Of a stretch of DNA of 64,000 nucleotides, positions 20,998 to 31,588 are shown in pieces. The stretch is from a plasmid. A program made the position numbers and the translations under genes. The notes below the pieces were generated by a model. The model was not told where the DNA came from. It was given only the letters and a program-made list of their open reading frames with translations, and ran no database searches. The stretch lies in sequence record NZ_CP082905.1; one strand, given 5' to 3'. Every line of letters starts with the position of its first letter. The first letter of the stretch is position 1.

Positions 20998-21378
20998 TTA
21001 TTTCACGCTAAAGCTGACGTTACCCGTGCGCGGGTGTGTATCAGAAGACACCGCACGCCACTCCACCTTGTATGTGCCAGGCACCAGAGGTTTGGCTGGC
21101 GTGATCACCATGGTTTTCGGATCGCCACCGGCGGCCACTTTTGCCGCAACCGCCATCGGGGCATGAGAGGACATGCCGGGCATAGCGGTCATGACGAGAC
21201 GTGCACCAGAAAATTTTGTGACCAGATTCTCAGTAAAGTGCAGCTCCACTTTTGAAGGCGCTGCCACCTGCGCTTTATCAGCAGGGACAGAAGAAGCCAG
21301 TTCCGGATGCGCCTGCGCGGCAAAAGCAGCAACAGAGGCGGCAACAGCGATGACGTAGCCAGCATAATTACGTTTCAT
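20998..21378 (-). CDS. pcoC: Periplasmic copper chaperone PcoC/CopC
   Basis: HPELASSVPA...KFSGARLVMTAMPGMSSHAPM...RAVSSDTHPRTGNVSFSVK closely matches PcoC; start chosen at MKRN (126 aa). Confidence 0.9.
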   Translation of the reverse strand: MKRNYAGYVIAVAASVAAFAAQAHPELASSVPADKAQVAAPSKVELHFTENLVTKFSGARLVMTAMPGMSSHAPMAVAAKVAAGGDPKTMVITPAKPLVPGTYKVEWRAVSSDTHPRTGNVSFSVK

Positions 21379-21413
21379 ATTCATACCTGTCTTGTTTGTT
21401 AGAATTAACTGCA

Positions 21414-22349
21414 TCAGAACCACACGCGGGCACCGAGAAGAAAGCGCAGTTCGTTGTCTTTCTCTCCTTCACGGGTCGCCATATCGGCCGTGTTGCCATA
21501 AAGCTGGCTCCACGATACGCCCACATAAGGCGCAAACTCCCGCTTCATTTCGTAACGAAGGCGCAGGGAAAGCTCGGTACCGGACAGCCCTTTTCCGGTT
21601 TCACGCACCTCATCATCCTTTCCGTAAAAATTAGCTTCAAAAGACGGCTGCAGGATGAGCCGGTTGGTCAGCAGCACGTCATACTCTGCTTCAAACCGGA
21701 GCGCGGTGCGTCCCTGCTCACCGGCAAACGCGGTGAGTTCAGTTTCGAGGTTATACAGCGGCATGCCCTGAAAGCCGGCGGCGGCCCATGTCTGGGGCCT
21801 GCCAGGTTTAAAATCCTGTCGGGCGCCCGCAACCACGTCCCACCAGGGCGAGACAGCGTGCCCCCACAGGGCCTGCACCTCTGCCGACTCGGTTTTTCCG
21901 TCGCTGGTTTCCCCTTCGCTGCGCAGCCAGAGGCGATCAATATCCCCGCCTGCCCAGCCGCTGACGTCCCAGCTGAATCCTCCGGCCTCATTATTTTTCT
22001 GCCACTCAAGCTGATCGGCCAGCAGATACCAGTTCACGTTGCTGTCATGCACCTTATGGCCGTGTACGTCCGGAAACGCAGCCCGGCGGTCGGCGTCCGT
22101 CAGCACCGGAACAGGCGTTCTGCTTTCAGTCGGGGCAGCAGGCTGCATAGACTCCATGCCTTCCATCCCGGACATGGGTTCCATATTGCCCATAGCGGAG
22201 TGGTCCATGCCCGACATTGCACCTATGTCATGCTCCTGCATGTTGTGCGCCGCTTCAGCCCGTGCATCAGGGGCGGCCGTAAGTGCGCTGCCGGCAATGG
22301 CTGCGAAAACCAGCAGTCCGGCCGCCGGGCGGAAAAAGTTATGTTTCAT
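21414..22349 (-). CDS. pcoB: Outer-membrane copper resistance protein PcoB/CopB
   Basis: Met-rich N-terminal segment then beta-barrel-like C-terminus ending ...LLGARVWF; start at MKHNFF with RBS GGTGA. Confidence 0.85.
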   Translation of the reverse strand: MKHNFFRPAAGLLVFAAIAGSALTAAPDARAEAAHNMQEHDIGAMSGMDHSAMGNMEPMSGMEGMESMQPAAPTESRTPVPVLTDADRRAAFPDVHGHKVHDSNVNWYLLADQLEWQKNNEAGGFSWDVSGWAGGDIDRLWLRSEGETSDGKTESAEVQALWGHAVSPWWDVVAGARQDFKPGRPQTWAAAGFQGMPLYNLETELTAFAGEQGRTALRFEAEYDVLLTNRLILQPSFEANFYGKDDEVRETGKGLSGTELSLRLRYEMKREFAPYVGVSWSQLYGNTADMATREGEKDNELRFLLGARVWF

Positions 22350-22383
22350 ATCACCACGCTCAGAAGCTGACATCAGAAGTACC

Positions 22384-24180
22384 TCATTCATTAACCCGGA
22401 CTTCACGGAACATGCCTGTTTCCATATGAAAAAGCAGGTGACAGTGGTAAGCCCAGCGGCCCAGCGCATCGGCCGTCACACGATAGCTGCGGCGCGTGCC
22501 GGGCGGCATATCAATGGTGTGTTTACGTACCAGAAAATTCCCTTCTTCATCTTCAAGGTCGCTCCACATTCCGTGCAGATGAATGGGATGCGTCATCATG
22601 GTATCGTTAACCAGCACGATGCGGACGCGCTCGCCATAGCGGAGCGTGACCGGCTCTGCATCGGAGAACTTGATACCATTGAAAGACCAGGCAAATTTTT
22701 CCATATGGCCGGTAAGATGCAGTTCTATGGTGCGTGAGGGTTCGCGTCCGTCTGGATCGTCAAAAGTGCTTTTCAGGTCAGCGTAGGTCAGAACCCTGCG
22801 GCCATTGTTCCTCAGCCCGATACCCGGATCGCTGAGCTTCGGGGTGGGCATCATGGCCTGCATGTCAACCAGGGGGTTGTTCGTTTCTGATGCCGGATGC
22901 TTCTGCATATCACCCATGCCGCCCATGCTGCTGTGATCCATGCCAGCCATACTGCCTGCCGGGGCGCTTTCCACAGCTGAACCATCCATGCTCTGCATGC
23001 TACCGCCGTCCATACCCTGCATCTGCCCGTGATCCATACCCCCCATGCTGCCGTGATCCATACCCCCCATTCCCATATCATCCATGGTGAGCCAGGGACG
23101 AGGATCGGTGGAAGGAACCGGGGCAGTCATGCCTTCACGAATGGCAAGCGTGCCCCGTGCATAGCCGCTTCTGTCCATGGACTGGGCAAAGATGGTGCAG
23201 GCATCCTGGACGGGCTCCACAATGACATCGTAGGTTTCAGCCACGGCAATACGGAACTCATCCACGCTGACGGGGGTGACGTACTGGCCGTCAGCAGCCA
23301 CCACGGTCATCTTTACGCCGGGAATGCGCACATCGAAGTAGGTCATGGCAGAGCCGTTGATAAAGCGTAGGCGGATTTTTTCGCCTTTACGGAACAACCC
23401 GGTCCAGTTTTTACCCGGGCCCTGACCGTTCATGAGATAGGTGTAAGTCGCACCGCTGACGTCTGCAAGGTCAGTCGGATTCATCTTCATTTCCGCCCAC
23501 ATCTTCCGGTCGGCCAGGGTATTTCCCAGTCCCTTATCCCGGGCATCACGGAAAAAGTCACCAGCAGCAGGCTTGGCGAAGTTGTAGTAGTCGGACTGCT
23601 TTTTCAGTTTTGCAAGAATGGCAGAGGCATTTTCATCTGACCAGTCGGTCAGCATTACCACGTGTTCCCGGTCATACTTAAATGGCTCGGGCTCAGCGGG
23701 ATCAATGATAATCGGGCCGTAAACGCCCTCCTGCTCCTGCAGGCCGGAGTGGCTGTGATACCAGTAGGTGCCATTCTGCTTTACGCGAAATGAATAGACG
23801 TAAGTATCATCGGGTTCAATACCGTGAAAGCTGAGGCCGGGAACGCCATCCATGTTGGCTGGCAGAATAATGCCATGCCAGTGAATGGAGGTTGTTTCTT
23901 TCAGACGGTTTTTAACCCGCAGCGTGACAGTATCACCTTCTTTCCAGCGCAGCAGGGGCCCCGGCAGGCCGCTATTGATGGTTTTGGCATAACGGATGTT
24001 GCCGGTGATATTAAGTGGCGTTTCGGCGATAAACAGGTCGAAATCATTACCGGTAAGCATGTGGGGCTGTACCAGACTTACCGCCGAGAAAGCATTGAAC
24101 GTCTTTATACCAAGACCGCCAGCAACGCTGGCTGCTGCGATCCCTTTGATAAAATTGCGTCGTGAACTTTTAAGCTGCAT
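22384..24180 (-). CDS. pcoA: Multicopper oxidase PcoA/CopA
   Basis: Tat signal SRRNFIKG; cupredoxin His motifs [13 protein letters not shown]; Met-rich [15 protein letters not shown] insert. Confidence 0.95.
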   Translation of the reverse strand: MQLKSSRRNFIKGIAAASVAGGLGIKTFNAFSAVSLVQPHMLTGNDFDLFIAETPLNITGNIRYAKTINSGLPGPLLRWKEGDTVTLRVKNRLKETTSIHWHGIILPANMDGVPGLSFHGIEPDDTYVYSFRVKQNGTYWYHSHSGLQEQEGVYGPIIIDPAEPEPFKYDREHVVMLTDWSDENASAILAKLKKQSDYYNFAKPAAGDFFRDARDKGLGNTLADRKMWAEMKMNPTDLADVSGATYTYLMNGQGPGKNWTGLFRKGEKIRLRFINGSAMTYFDVRIPGVKMTVVAADGQYVTPVSVDEFRIAVAETYDVIVEPVQDACTIFAQSMDRSGYARGTLAIREGMTAPVPSTDPRPWLTMDDMGMGGMDHGSMGGMDHGQMQGMDGGSMQSMDGSAVESAPAGSMAGMDHSSMGGMGDMQKHPASETNNPLVDMQAMMPTPKLSDPGIGLRNNGRRVLTYADLKSTFDDPDGREPSRTIELHLTGHMEKFAWSFNGIKFSDAEPVTLRYGERVRIVLVNDTMMTHPIHLHGMWSDLEDEEGNFLVRKHTIDMPPGTRRSYRVTADALGRWAYHCHLLFHMETGMFREVRVNE

Positions 24181-24310
24181 AACTGTGCTCCGGAAAAATG
24201 CAGATCATCCCGGGAGAAAATTTCTCCACACCGGAAGTATTAATAATGCAGTCCGGTCAGGAACTTTATTTTTGTTACCGGCAAGCTAACACAACAGGAA
24301 CCCCGACTTG

Positions 24311-24363
24311 ATTACATTTATGTCATGTTAGAACCTGCTGTTTTTGAATTACATTTTTGTCAT
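24311..24363. promoter_or_regulatory. Two tandem copper-box-like sites ATTACATTTaTGTCAT and ATTACATTTtTGTCAT in the divergent pcoA/pcoE-like intergenic region
   Basis: Seen at 24311..24326 and 24348..24363; TGTCAT half-sites resemble CusR/PcoR boxes. Confidence 0.45.
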
Positions 24364-24471
24364 TTTCGTTCACGTTGTTTTTTTTCGGATACGATGAAAG
24401 TCACTGAGGCCGGTAAGGTCCTGGTCCAGAATTAACTGCTATTTTTATCCTTTAAACGTAAGGAATTATGA

Positions 24472-24702
24472 ATGAAAAAGATTATGCTTGCCGCCGCTGC
24501 GGTCCTTCTGTCCGTTTCAGCCGCTCAGGCTCAACCAGCCCCCATGGACATGCCCTGCTGCATGAACAAGAAAGCCCCGGCGGCCTCCATGAATGAACAT
24601 GAGCTGGCGATTCAGGCACATCAGAGCATGAATAACAGCAGTTCTGCCGCACATCAGAACATTATTGAAACGCACCGCAAGATGATGCAGGAAGATAAAT
24701 AA
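24472..24702 (+). CDS. Short PcoE/SilE-family periplasmic metal-binding protein (76 aa)
   Basis: Signal peptide; MNEHELAIQAHQSMNN...AHQNIIETHRKMM resembles PcoE/SilE His/Met repeats; RBS AAGGA. Confidence 0.6.
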   Translation: MKKIMLAAAAVLLSVSAAQAQPAPMDMPCCMNKKAPAASMNEHELAIQAHQSMNNSSSAAHQNIIETHRKMMQEDK

Positions 24703-24996
24703 ACGCAGATGACAGCCCGTAGCCTTAGCTGAAAAAACGCGGGCAAAAATCACCCGGATTTTGTCCTGGTTACTGTTGTTACAGAATGTGTTGTGCATTA
24801 ACCCTCATTACACTGAGTTATCTGAAAAACTTTGTTGAGGCTGTAATCAGCCGGCCCGTCTGACTGTGGCGGGCTTCTTTTTAAAACCCTGTTTCACCCC
24901 TCTCCTGTTACCGTCTGTATAAAACGCTTTTGCAGCAATCAACATTTTGTTCCATGCTTACCACTTCTTTGCATTTAACGATTACGGGAAGAAATT

Positions 24997-25323
24997 ATGT
25001 CTGAACAATACCGCAACTGCATTGAGGCCTGTTATATCTGCGCTGCAACCTGTGACTACTGCGCAACGTCCTGCCTGAAAGAAGAAAATATTGAGATGAT
25101 GCGCGAATGCATCCGGGCGGACATGCAGTGCGCCAGCATCTGCCGCCTGGCAGCTGAGCTGATGACAATGGACAGTGAATTCGCTGCTCAGATTTGTAAG
25201 GTTTGCGCAGAAGCATGCCAGAAATGCGGTGATGAGTGCGCGAAACATGAGCACGAGCACTGTAAGAAATGTGCTGAAGCCTGTTACCGCTGTGCTGAAG
25301 AATGCCGGAAAATGGCAGCGTGA
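24997..25323 (+). CDS. Cys-rich four-helix-bundle copper-storage-like protein (108 aa)
   Basis: About 18 Cys in CxxxC spacing (CIEACYICAATCDYCATSC ...); Csp/DUF326-like. Confidence 0.6.
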   Translation: MSEQYRNCIEACYICAATCDYCATSCLKEENIEMMRECIRADMQCASICRLAAELMTMDSEFAAQICKVCAEACQKCGDECAKHEHEHCKKCAEACYRCAEECRKMAA

Positions 25324-25649
25324 CAGCAAATGGAAGCTGTCCAGTCGCAGCTTCCGGAAAGTACCGCCTGTCTCATTCCAGCCGGTGATTTTTGATACAT
25401 ACACCCGGCGTCAGGGTGGTAAAAATCACCGTTCTTATCCGGACTGCCCGCTATACAGCCAGAAGGGAAATGCCGCGTCCCTGTTCAGGCTTTTTTAAAC
25501 TGACATCCCCCTGTATTAAATATCGTAAAAACCCGGGCGTGTTTTTGCAGCCGGTCGGTACATATGCCCTCTGCCTTATCCACAAAAACGGGGGATAAGT
25601 CCTGTATAATTAATGTACAAATTTGTAGTGTACATCCTCTCAGAAAGAT

Positions 25650-26728
25650 TTAAGTCTCGTGTTGAATTTCTATTCCACATAAACCACTCGATGAGCACCC
25701 GGATCATGTCCTGTATCGAGGAGGTTGTGCCACGCCTGGAAGTCTACTCGGTGGACGAAGGCTTTTGCGACTGCCGCGGTATGGAGATGGCCATGCCTTA
25801 TGAAGATTTTGGTCGCATGATCCGAAGCCATGTCAAAACCTGCACCGGGCTGACGGTCGGCGTCGGGCTGGGCCCGACGAAGACGCTGGCGAAATCAGCG
25901 CAGTGGGCCGGGAAGGAATGGCCGCAGTTTGGCGGGGTGCTGGCGCTCACGCCGGGGAATCCGAGGCGGACCGAAAAGCTACTGTCTCGTCAGCCCGTGG
26001 GGGAACTCTGGGGCGTGGGTTCCCGGCTTGAAAAACGCCTGCAGCTGCTTGGTGTGACCACGGCGCTCGATCTGGCGCGTAGCTCCCCTTCCATTATCCG
26101 TAAAAACTTTGGCGTGGTGCTTGAGCGCACGGTACGTGAGCTCAATGGCGAATCCTGCATCCCGATGGAGGATGCGCCCCCACCAAAGCAGCAGATAGTG
26201 GTCAGCCGCAGCTTTGGCGAGCGCATCACGGAATACGATGCGATGCGTCAGTCAATTTGCGCCTATGCCGAGCGTGTGGCGGAAAAGCTGCGTGAGGACC
26301 GCCAGTTCTGTCATCACGTCTCGGTTTTTATCCGTACGTCGCCCTTCGACACCACCCAGGCCGGATACAGCAACACAGCATTCGTAAAGCTGCACGTGGG
26401 CACGCAGGACACGCGAAACATTACTGAGGCGGCGGTGAAGTCCCTGGACGCTATCTGGCGCCCGGGCTATCGCTATGCGAAAGCCGGCATCATGCTCAGC
26501 GAGCTGCGGCCGAACGGCGTGGCGCAGCTGAACCTGTTTGATGATGAGGCATCGCGTGCCGGCAGCGAGGCCCTGATGAACCTGCTGGATACCATGAACC
26601 GGTCGGGTCGTTACAGCATTGGTTTTGCGGGCAAAGGCATTGACCCAGAATGGAAGATGAAGCGCGAAATGCTAAGTCAGGCCTGGACGACGAACTGGAA
26701 AGATATACCGGTAGCAAAAGTGTGTTAA
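25650..26728 (+). pseudogene. umuC: umuC 3' portion (from about residue 70), separated from its 5' fragment by ~18.7 kb
   Basis: MSTRIMSCIEEVVPRLEVYSVDEGFCD...LTVGVGLGPTKTLAKSA...QLNLFDD aligns with UmuC/MucB C-terminal two-thirds; left boundary approximate. Confidence 0.8.
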
Positions 26729-26881
26729 GGATGTTTACTGGATATCTTAAGGGATGCCACTCAGTTCATGAAGAGGTTAAAGTTTTCACATTAAGCGTCA
26801 GGCTGCCGGACTGCAGTGAAGGAGATTTTCTTTGAGTGCAGCCCGGCGCCTGTTTTAATCATGTGGAAAAAAACAGGCCCA

Positions 26882-27301
26882 TCATTCGTCGTCCGGAAAC
26901 ATCCTGGAGCTGTTTGCGCGGGTATCGGCGACGTTTTTATCTTCCTGATGCACCGGTTTTTCTGCCTGAGCAGAATCTGTCGCACCGGCAGCCGGACCAA
27001 GCCTGGTCAGTAATGCCCGTATCACCGAATCGTCCGGCGTGAATGCATCCGGGATCACGCTGCTGATAATACGCTGGATGTCCTGCAGCGTAACGTTTTC
27101 GGTTGCCAGCTCAGCGATCAGATTGGGGAGCCGGCGATCAATGGACGCCAGTGCGGCACCGGTGAGGAGAAAGGCGCGCATGGCGCGCCCCCGCTCTTTG
27201 AGGCGCGTTTCATCCAGCAAATCGACCGCTAACCTGTCCCCGGCCTGCTCATCCGGATACAGGTTAAACGCGATTTTGCGTGGTGAGGATTTGTCAGTCA
27301 T
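26882..27301 (-). CDS. parR: ParR/StbB-like centromere-binding partition protein
   Basis: Downstream of and overlapping parM; RKIAFNLYPDEQAGDRLAVDLLDE resembles R1 ParR ribbon-helix-helix N-terminus. Confidence 0.7.
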   Translation of the reverse strand: MTDKSSPRKIAFNLYPDEQAGDRLAVDLLDETRLKERGRAMRAFLLTGAALASIDRRLPNLIAELATENVTLQDIQRIISSVIPDAFTPDDSVIRALLTRLGPAAGATDSAQAEKPVHQEDKNVADTRANSSRMFPDDE

Positions 27302-28271
27302 TCGCGCTGCCTTCCTTCATTTCCAGCATGCCCAGCACCAGATCAAACTGTGGATCGTTGCTCGTGAAAAAGCGATCTGAGGGCACGTTAGTTGCTTTTT
27401 TTACAGCATCGGCAATCAGCTTTGCACCGCCGCCTACGCACATTACATGCGTATAGCCGGTAAAACGGTCGAGCGTATCCACCACGCGGTTAGTCAGAAT
27501 GCGCTCTTTCTCTTCCATCGTATTCATCACGGCCTGACGCAATCTGGCATCCGGAAGGCGATGTTCAATCCAGTCCTTTTCTTCACGGTGAACGATGATG
27601 TTATCTGCCTGAAGAGAACTGATGCGCGTATGCCCGGCGAGTGCGTTTTTAATACCGTTAGTGATAATGGATACGCCAATTTTAGGATCGCACCAGGTAT
27701 TCGTAATGCCGGACATTTTGCTCCGAACATGTGAAACGTCCAGGGTGGTACCGCCCAAATCCACGATAAGCAGTGAATCATCGTCCTGCAGCCCGGTCAG
27801 GACGTTGAAGCCTGCCGGAATGCTTTCAGGCAGAACAGTGACTTTGTCGATAGTGAAACCCTGCCTGTTTCCCTGCAGAGTAACGTCACGCTTAACGCTT
27901 TTTTTCTTGCGGGTAATATTTTCAGTCTTAGGCTGGAAATCAGCATTCAGATATTCAGACAGCGGTAGCGTCACCACAACATCTACTACCTGTGGTTCGA
28001 TGCCTGACTGCAGCAGTGCGTGATGGATTGCCACCGTATTTACCTGGCTGTACTGATAGCGTGTTTCTGTTGTCACGACTGCGTCGGCACTGCCTGGATC
28101 AAAACTGAACTTTTCACCTTCGATTTCATAGTTTGCAGACTGACCATCATCAAACAGATTCAACGACCATTCTGGTTTAAAGCTGTTAGGGCTGATGAAG
28201 GTTTTAACCTCACCATTTTCTTTCCACGCCAGCTTGATGTTAGTAGAGCCGTCGTCAACAAAAATGCGCAT
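27294..28271 (-). CDS. parM: ParM/StbA actin-like partition ATPase
   Basis: MRIFVDDGSTNIKLAW...VIDLGGTTLDVS...VMCVGGGAKL closely parallels R1 ParM; RBS GAGG. Confidence 0.9.
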   Translation of the reverse strand: MRIFVDDGSTNIKLAWKENGEVKTFISPNSFKPEWSLNLFDDGQSANYEIEGEKFSFDPGSADAVVTTETRYQYSQVNTVAIHHALLQSGIEPQVVDVVVTLPLSEYLNADFQPKTENITRKKKSVKRDVTLQGNRQGFTIDKVTVLPESIPAGFNVLTGLQDDDSLLIVDLGGTTLDVSHVRSKMSGITNTWCDPKIGVSIITNGIKNALAGHTRISSLQADNIIVHREEKDWIEHRLPDARLRQAVMNTMEEKERILTNRVVDTLDRFTGYTHVMCVGGGAKLIADAVKKATNVPSDRFFTSNDPQFDLVLGMLEMKEGSAND

Positions 28272-28869
28272 CGCAAACCTCACAGAAGTGGTTAAAAGTT
28301 AAAGTTCAGCAGAGATTTCAACGTATCATGAAATTGAAATATATATAACACGAACTCGATAGTACCAGGTATAAACCCACCTGTAAAGCAAAGATGCCGA
28401 CTCTTACACTCTAATTTAATGACATATATATATCACATAAAGACAACCAAATGAGCGAAACACGAGTTAAGCATCATCTAATTCCTATAAACATGACGTA
28501 TAAGCAACACATATATGTCTTTATCTTTTTTTGTACGAAGCACAACAGGTAACCACTTCAGGCTATTTTGCTCGTTTCATGATGAAGCACCGGTAAGCAT
28601 TTGTCGTCAAGAAAGCATACGGCTGGCAAACCTCGCCATAATCTCAGTTCTAACCTTCTTTACTACCGTCCTGTTACCGCATCCGGTCCGCTGCACCACC
28701 CGTAATGTCTTTATTAAGCAGAGCCTTAGGATGATTACAACAATGGCAACTGTTGAATGGATAAAACGAAGAAAATGGCTCTGAGACTTTTGCTGGCAGG
28801 TTTAATGTGGCACTGTAGCTGGCGGACGCAGAACAGCACCTTGTTCTGTCAGACAAGGATCAGGCATAC

Positions 28870-29098
28870 AATGAAATTTCGCTCACGCGTACTGAGAGTT
28901 ATATTTCCGATAGCATTACTGGGAGCCATTGTGTTGTTTTCCGGCGAATGGCTTATGTGGAAAACATCTGATACTTACCCAGCCGCCCTGGCACAATCTG
29001 TCACCTTACAGCGCCCAGCCGATGTCACCGGCAATACGCTTATTGATGCCAGCTTCCGTAGCGGCTCTTATACAAAGAGCCCAAATAAGAGTTGGTGA
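28870..29098 (+). CDS. Small membrane protein (75 aa), putative
   Basis: RBS AAGGA; single TM VIFPIALLGAIVLFSG; ends just before repeat copy A. Confidence 0.3.
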
Positions 29099-29108
29099 AA
29101 ACCAGACG

Positions 29109-29177
29109 AGCCGCCGCCTGGCGGTTTTTTTACGCCCTTCTCCGGGCATTCGGCAAAACGCCCATTCTGCCGAATGG
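29109..29177. repeat. Intergenic repeat copy A: terminator hairpin AGCCGCCGCCTGGCGG plus T-run, then inverted-repeat motif ATTCGGcAAAACGCC-N7-CCGAAT
   Basis: Seen in sequence; first of at least 9 related copies across 29.1-34.1 kb. Confidence 0.8.
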
Positions 29178-29207
29178 CTGGTTACAAATTATCGTGACTC
29201 ATCACTA

Positions 29208-29585
29208 TTATTCTTCAATCATGCGGTACGTGTAATTCCCCGTCCCCTTTGAGGCAGCCAGCTTGTCGAGCATTTTTTCCGCATCTGCTTTTGTCAGTCC
29301 CCTCTGTACGGTCTGCCAGCGGGCATTTCCCTTACGATCCTGTATTGCCCAGGGCTTTCCAGAGTCGTTATCTGGTGCAACGAATGACATTAGCTGTGAT
29401 TCCAGCTGGCGAATACGATTGTGTGCAGCCTCAAGCAGGGCAAGCAGCTCCGCCCTGGAAGGCTGGGGATGATCCGCCTCGCGGATTTTTTTGTTTTCGC
29501 GATAGCGCCGCGCCCGTTCTGCCGGTGACAGGGCATTTCCGGTACGGGGGCGTCCACGCTGCCGCTTTATGCCGGTATCGTTCAT
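29208..29585 (-). CDS. Hypothetical basic protein with RGRPR AT-hook-like motif (125 aa)
   Basis: KRQRGRPRTGNALSPAERARRYREN; ORF bracketed by repeat copies A and B. Confidence 0.45.
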   Translation of the reverse strand: MNDTGIKRQRGRPRTGNALSPAERARRYRENKKIREADHPQPSRAELLALLEAAHNRIRQLESQLMSFVAPDNDSGKPWAIQDRKGNARWQTVQRGLTKADAEKMLDKLAASKGTGNYTYRMIEE

Positions 29586-29696
29586 AACATACTCCAGCTG
29601 AATAATGATGAGTATATTATATGTGACGAATCACGGTAATTCATTGGCAATAATGTGACGAATCACAGTAATTCTTTATTTTATGCCTGCCTGTAC

Positions 29697-29775
29697 GAAT
29701 TCGGTAAAACCCGCATTCTGCCGACCGCCGCGCAAAAACGAAAAAAGGCGGGGTGGTTAACCCCCGCCTTTGTTC
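29697..29775. repeat. Repeat copy B: GAATTCGGTAAAACCCGCATTCTGCCGA, followed by bidirectional hairpin GGCGGGGTGGTTAACCCCCGCC
   Basis: Seen in sequence. Confidence 0.7.
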
Positions 29776-30370
29776 AAGTTCCTTCAACCCTTACGGGCGT
29801 CCGGTCAGTTGCTTGATGACAACGACAATCTGCAATGTGACGTGAATTATCTTCAACGCCACAAGGATAGTAGTCAGACTTATCACTTGGCAGCCTCCTT
29901 TTATCAGGAGAGCGCCACACGCCGTACGTGCTTATGGGTTCCCCATACGGCGCGTACCAGTAGTTAGCAGGTACAAGCAGCACTCTTTTGAGTGGAAGCA
30001 AACCGGACAGCACCACCTGTTTCCGGTCGGGGTAAAAACTTGCGCGACTAAGCCCATACCCACTTCTGAGAGGCTGCAACAGCGTAGAGCTGCCAACTGC
30101 GACGAGTATAAAGCCGTGCAGCATGGGCCGCAACGTTGACGATATCGTCAATCAGCGTTAATATTGAACACAGTTAGCAGGTACAAGCAGCACCGTACAG
30201 GCAGCGGTCACCAGCCGCGTCCGGTACAGAAAATTAACTCGGTTTACCAGACCGGGTTTTTTTTCGCCTCAAAGATGCCATTTCCGGCACAACTCAGATC
30301 CTATACGCATTCTGTTTATTCCCCTAATTTTCACCGATGGTTTTTAGCGTCTCTTTACGCTTTTATACGC

Positions 30371-30399
30371 AATTCGGTAAAACGCCCATAAAACCGAAG
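30371..30399. repeat. Repeat copy C: AATTCGGTAAAACGCCCATAAAACCGAAG
   Basis: Seen in sequence. Confidence 0.75.
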
Positions 30400-30499
30400 C
30401 CCTTTCCGGCAGCATGTCCCTTCGGGTAGCTTTTATCTGAGTCTTTAACATAGCCCATGTGGTAGCCTGCACCGGTGGCTCTCAGAGAGGTTTATTCAA

Positions 30500-30718
30500 T
30501 TGAAATGGTTCAAGATTTATAATCCTAAAAGTAAACAATGGCTTCAGCAAGATGAGGAAAATGGGAGATATGGCACTCGTATTATCTTCACACAGGATGA
30601 ATCCCGTGCGGGGTTCTGGTCTGAAACAGAAATCCGCTGGATGACCATCCCGCCAGGATCAGAACTTATTTCTTTCAGCCCGAGCCAGGAGGATATCCGA
30701 TACCGGTATTGGGAATGA
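30500..30718 (+). CDS. Small hypothetical protein (72 aa, TTG start)
   Basis: ORF with GAGAGG about 9 nt upstream; between repeat copies C and D. Confidence 0.3.
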   Translation: MKWFKIYNPKSKQWLQQDEENGRYGTRIIFTQDESRAGFWSETEIRWMTIPPGSELISFSPSQEDIRYRYWE

Positions 30719-30756
30719 ACCAAACCGGTCAAGAGATCTTTATGCCTATTCGCCCT

Positions 30757-30787
30757 TGTTCGGTAAAACGCCTATATTACCGAACCG
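30757..30787. repeat. Repeat copy D: TTGTTCGGTAAAACGCCTATATTACCGAACC
   Basis: Seen in sequence. Confidence 0.75.
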
Positions 30788-30811
30788 CAGCACTGTACAA
30801 TGCCTGTCTCA

Positions 30812-31459
30812 TCACGCCTGATCTTCAGCTGCTGATTTACGTGCCCGTGCTGCAACACGGCTTGCGTATCTTTCCTTACGGCGTATCGCTGCTGCCGATT
30901 CGGATGCTCTTATTTCTATTAAGCGTTTTCTGATGGCCTCTGCCGGATTGAACCCCTCTTCCCATGAGGTATGCCTGATGTTAAACGTCCGGCAAATATC
31001 TTCTGACAACTCGACCACATAAAGGCCATGCTTCGCATACAACTCCCGCCTCTTTGCGAAGTAAGCCGAAAAATCTGGGGGATCTTCAAAATACTCATCA
31101 TCAAGATTGTCGAGTGTGTTGATGACCTGAATATGTTTAGATTCGATGCTGTGCAGCCGGTACAGCATATTAGTATTAAGGTATTTAAATTCGCCTTTTA
31201 CCGCTGAGAGTTTTAGCTCTGGTTTATTATATTTCATTGACACATATTCCAACTCTTGGCTATATATACCATCATTGCTCGCAAGAAACTCACACTCGGA
31301 AATATATTTATCAAGAATAAAAACAAGCTGAACAATAATATATCTCTCTTCTTTTTTTCCTTTTTTTGTTTCCCAGACAAGCTCTTTGACTGCATTAAAA
31401 ATCAGGGGTACTGCTATCGCAGCCGCAGCCCCCAGTAATGTCCATGTTTCCTTTTCCAC
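30812..31459 (-). CDS. AT-rich hypothetical membrane-anchored protein (about 215 aa from GTG 31459; ORF is open to 31633)
   Basis: Low-GC ORF with N-terminal TM WTLLGAAAAIAVPLIFNAV and RBS GAGGG before GTG; no ATG between 31633 and 31230. Confidence 0.4.
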   Translation of the reverse strand: MEKETWTLLGAAAAIAVPLIFNAVKELVWETKKGKKEERYIIVQLVFILDKYISECEFLASNDGIYSQELEYVSMKYNKPELKLSAVKGEFKYLNTNMLYRLHSIESKHIQVINTLDNLDDEYFEDPPDFSAYFAKRRELYAKHGLYVVELSEDICRTFNIRHTSWEEGFNPAEAIRKRLIEIRASESAAAIRRKERYASRVAARARKSAAEDQA

Positions 31460-31557
31460 TGAAACCCTCGCCCATGCTGCAAGTATTCTTACCCTACAGT
31501 TTATACTGTACGACAGGATGGCCTGCTTAGCTTTTACCAAAGCTGACCTATCTCTCC

Positions 31558-31588
31558 GGATTCGGTAAAACGCCAATTCTGCCGAACC
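31558..31588. repeat. Repeat copy E: GGATTCGGTAAAACGCCAATTCTGCCGAACC
   Basis: Seen in sequence. Confidence 0.75.

Noticed and set aside
28290-28510. parC iteron array upstream of parM
   Set aside because: The region is AT-rich, but I could not find clear 11-bp direct repeats by eye. Left unannotated.
28870-29098. Hok-type post-segregational toxin downstream of parMR
   Set aside because: The sequence does not resemble Hok/Gef (no conserved Cys pattern), and no Sok-like antisense context is visible.
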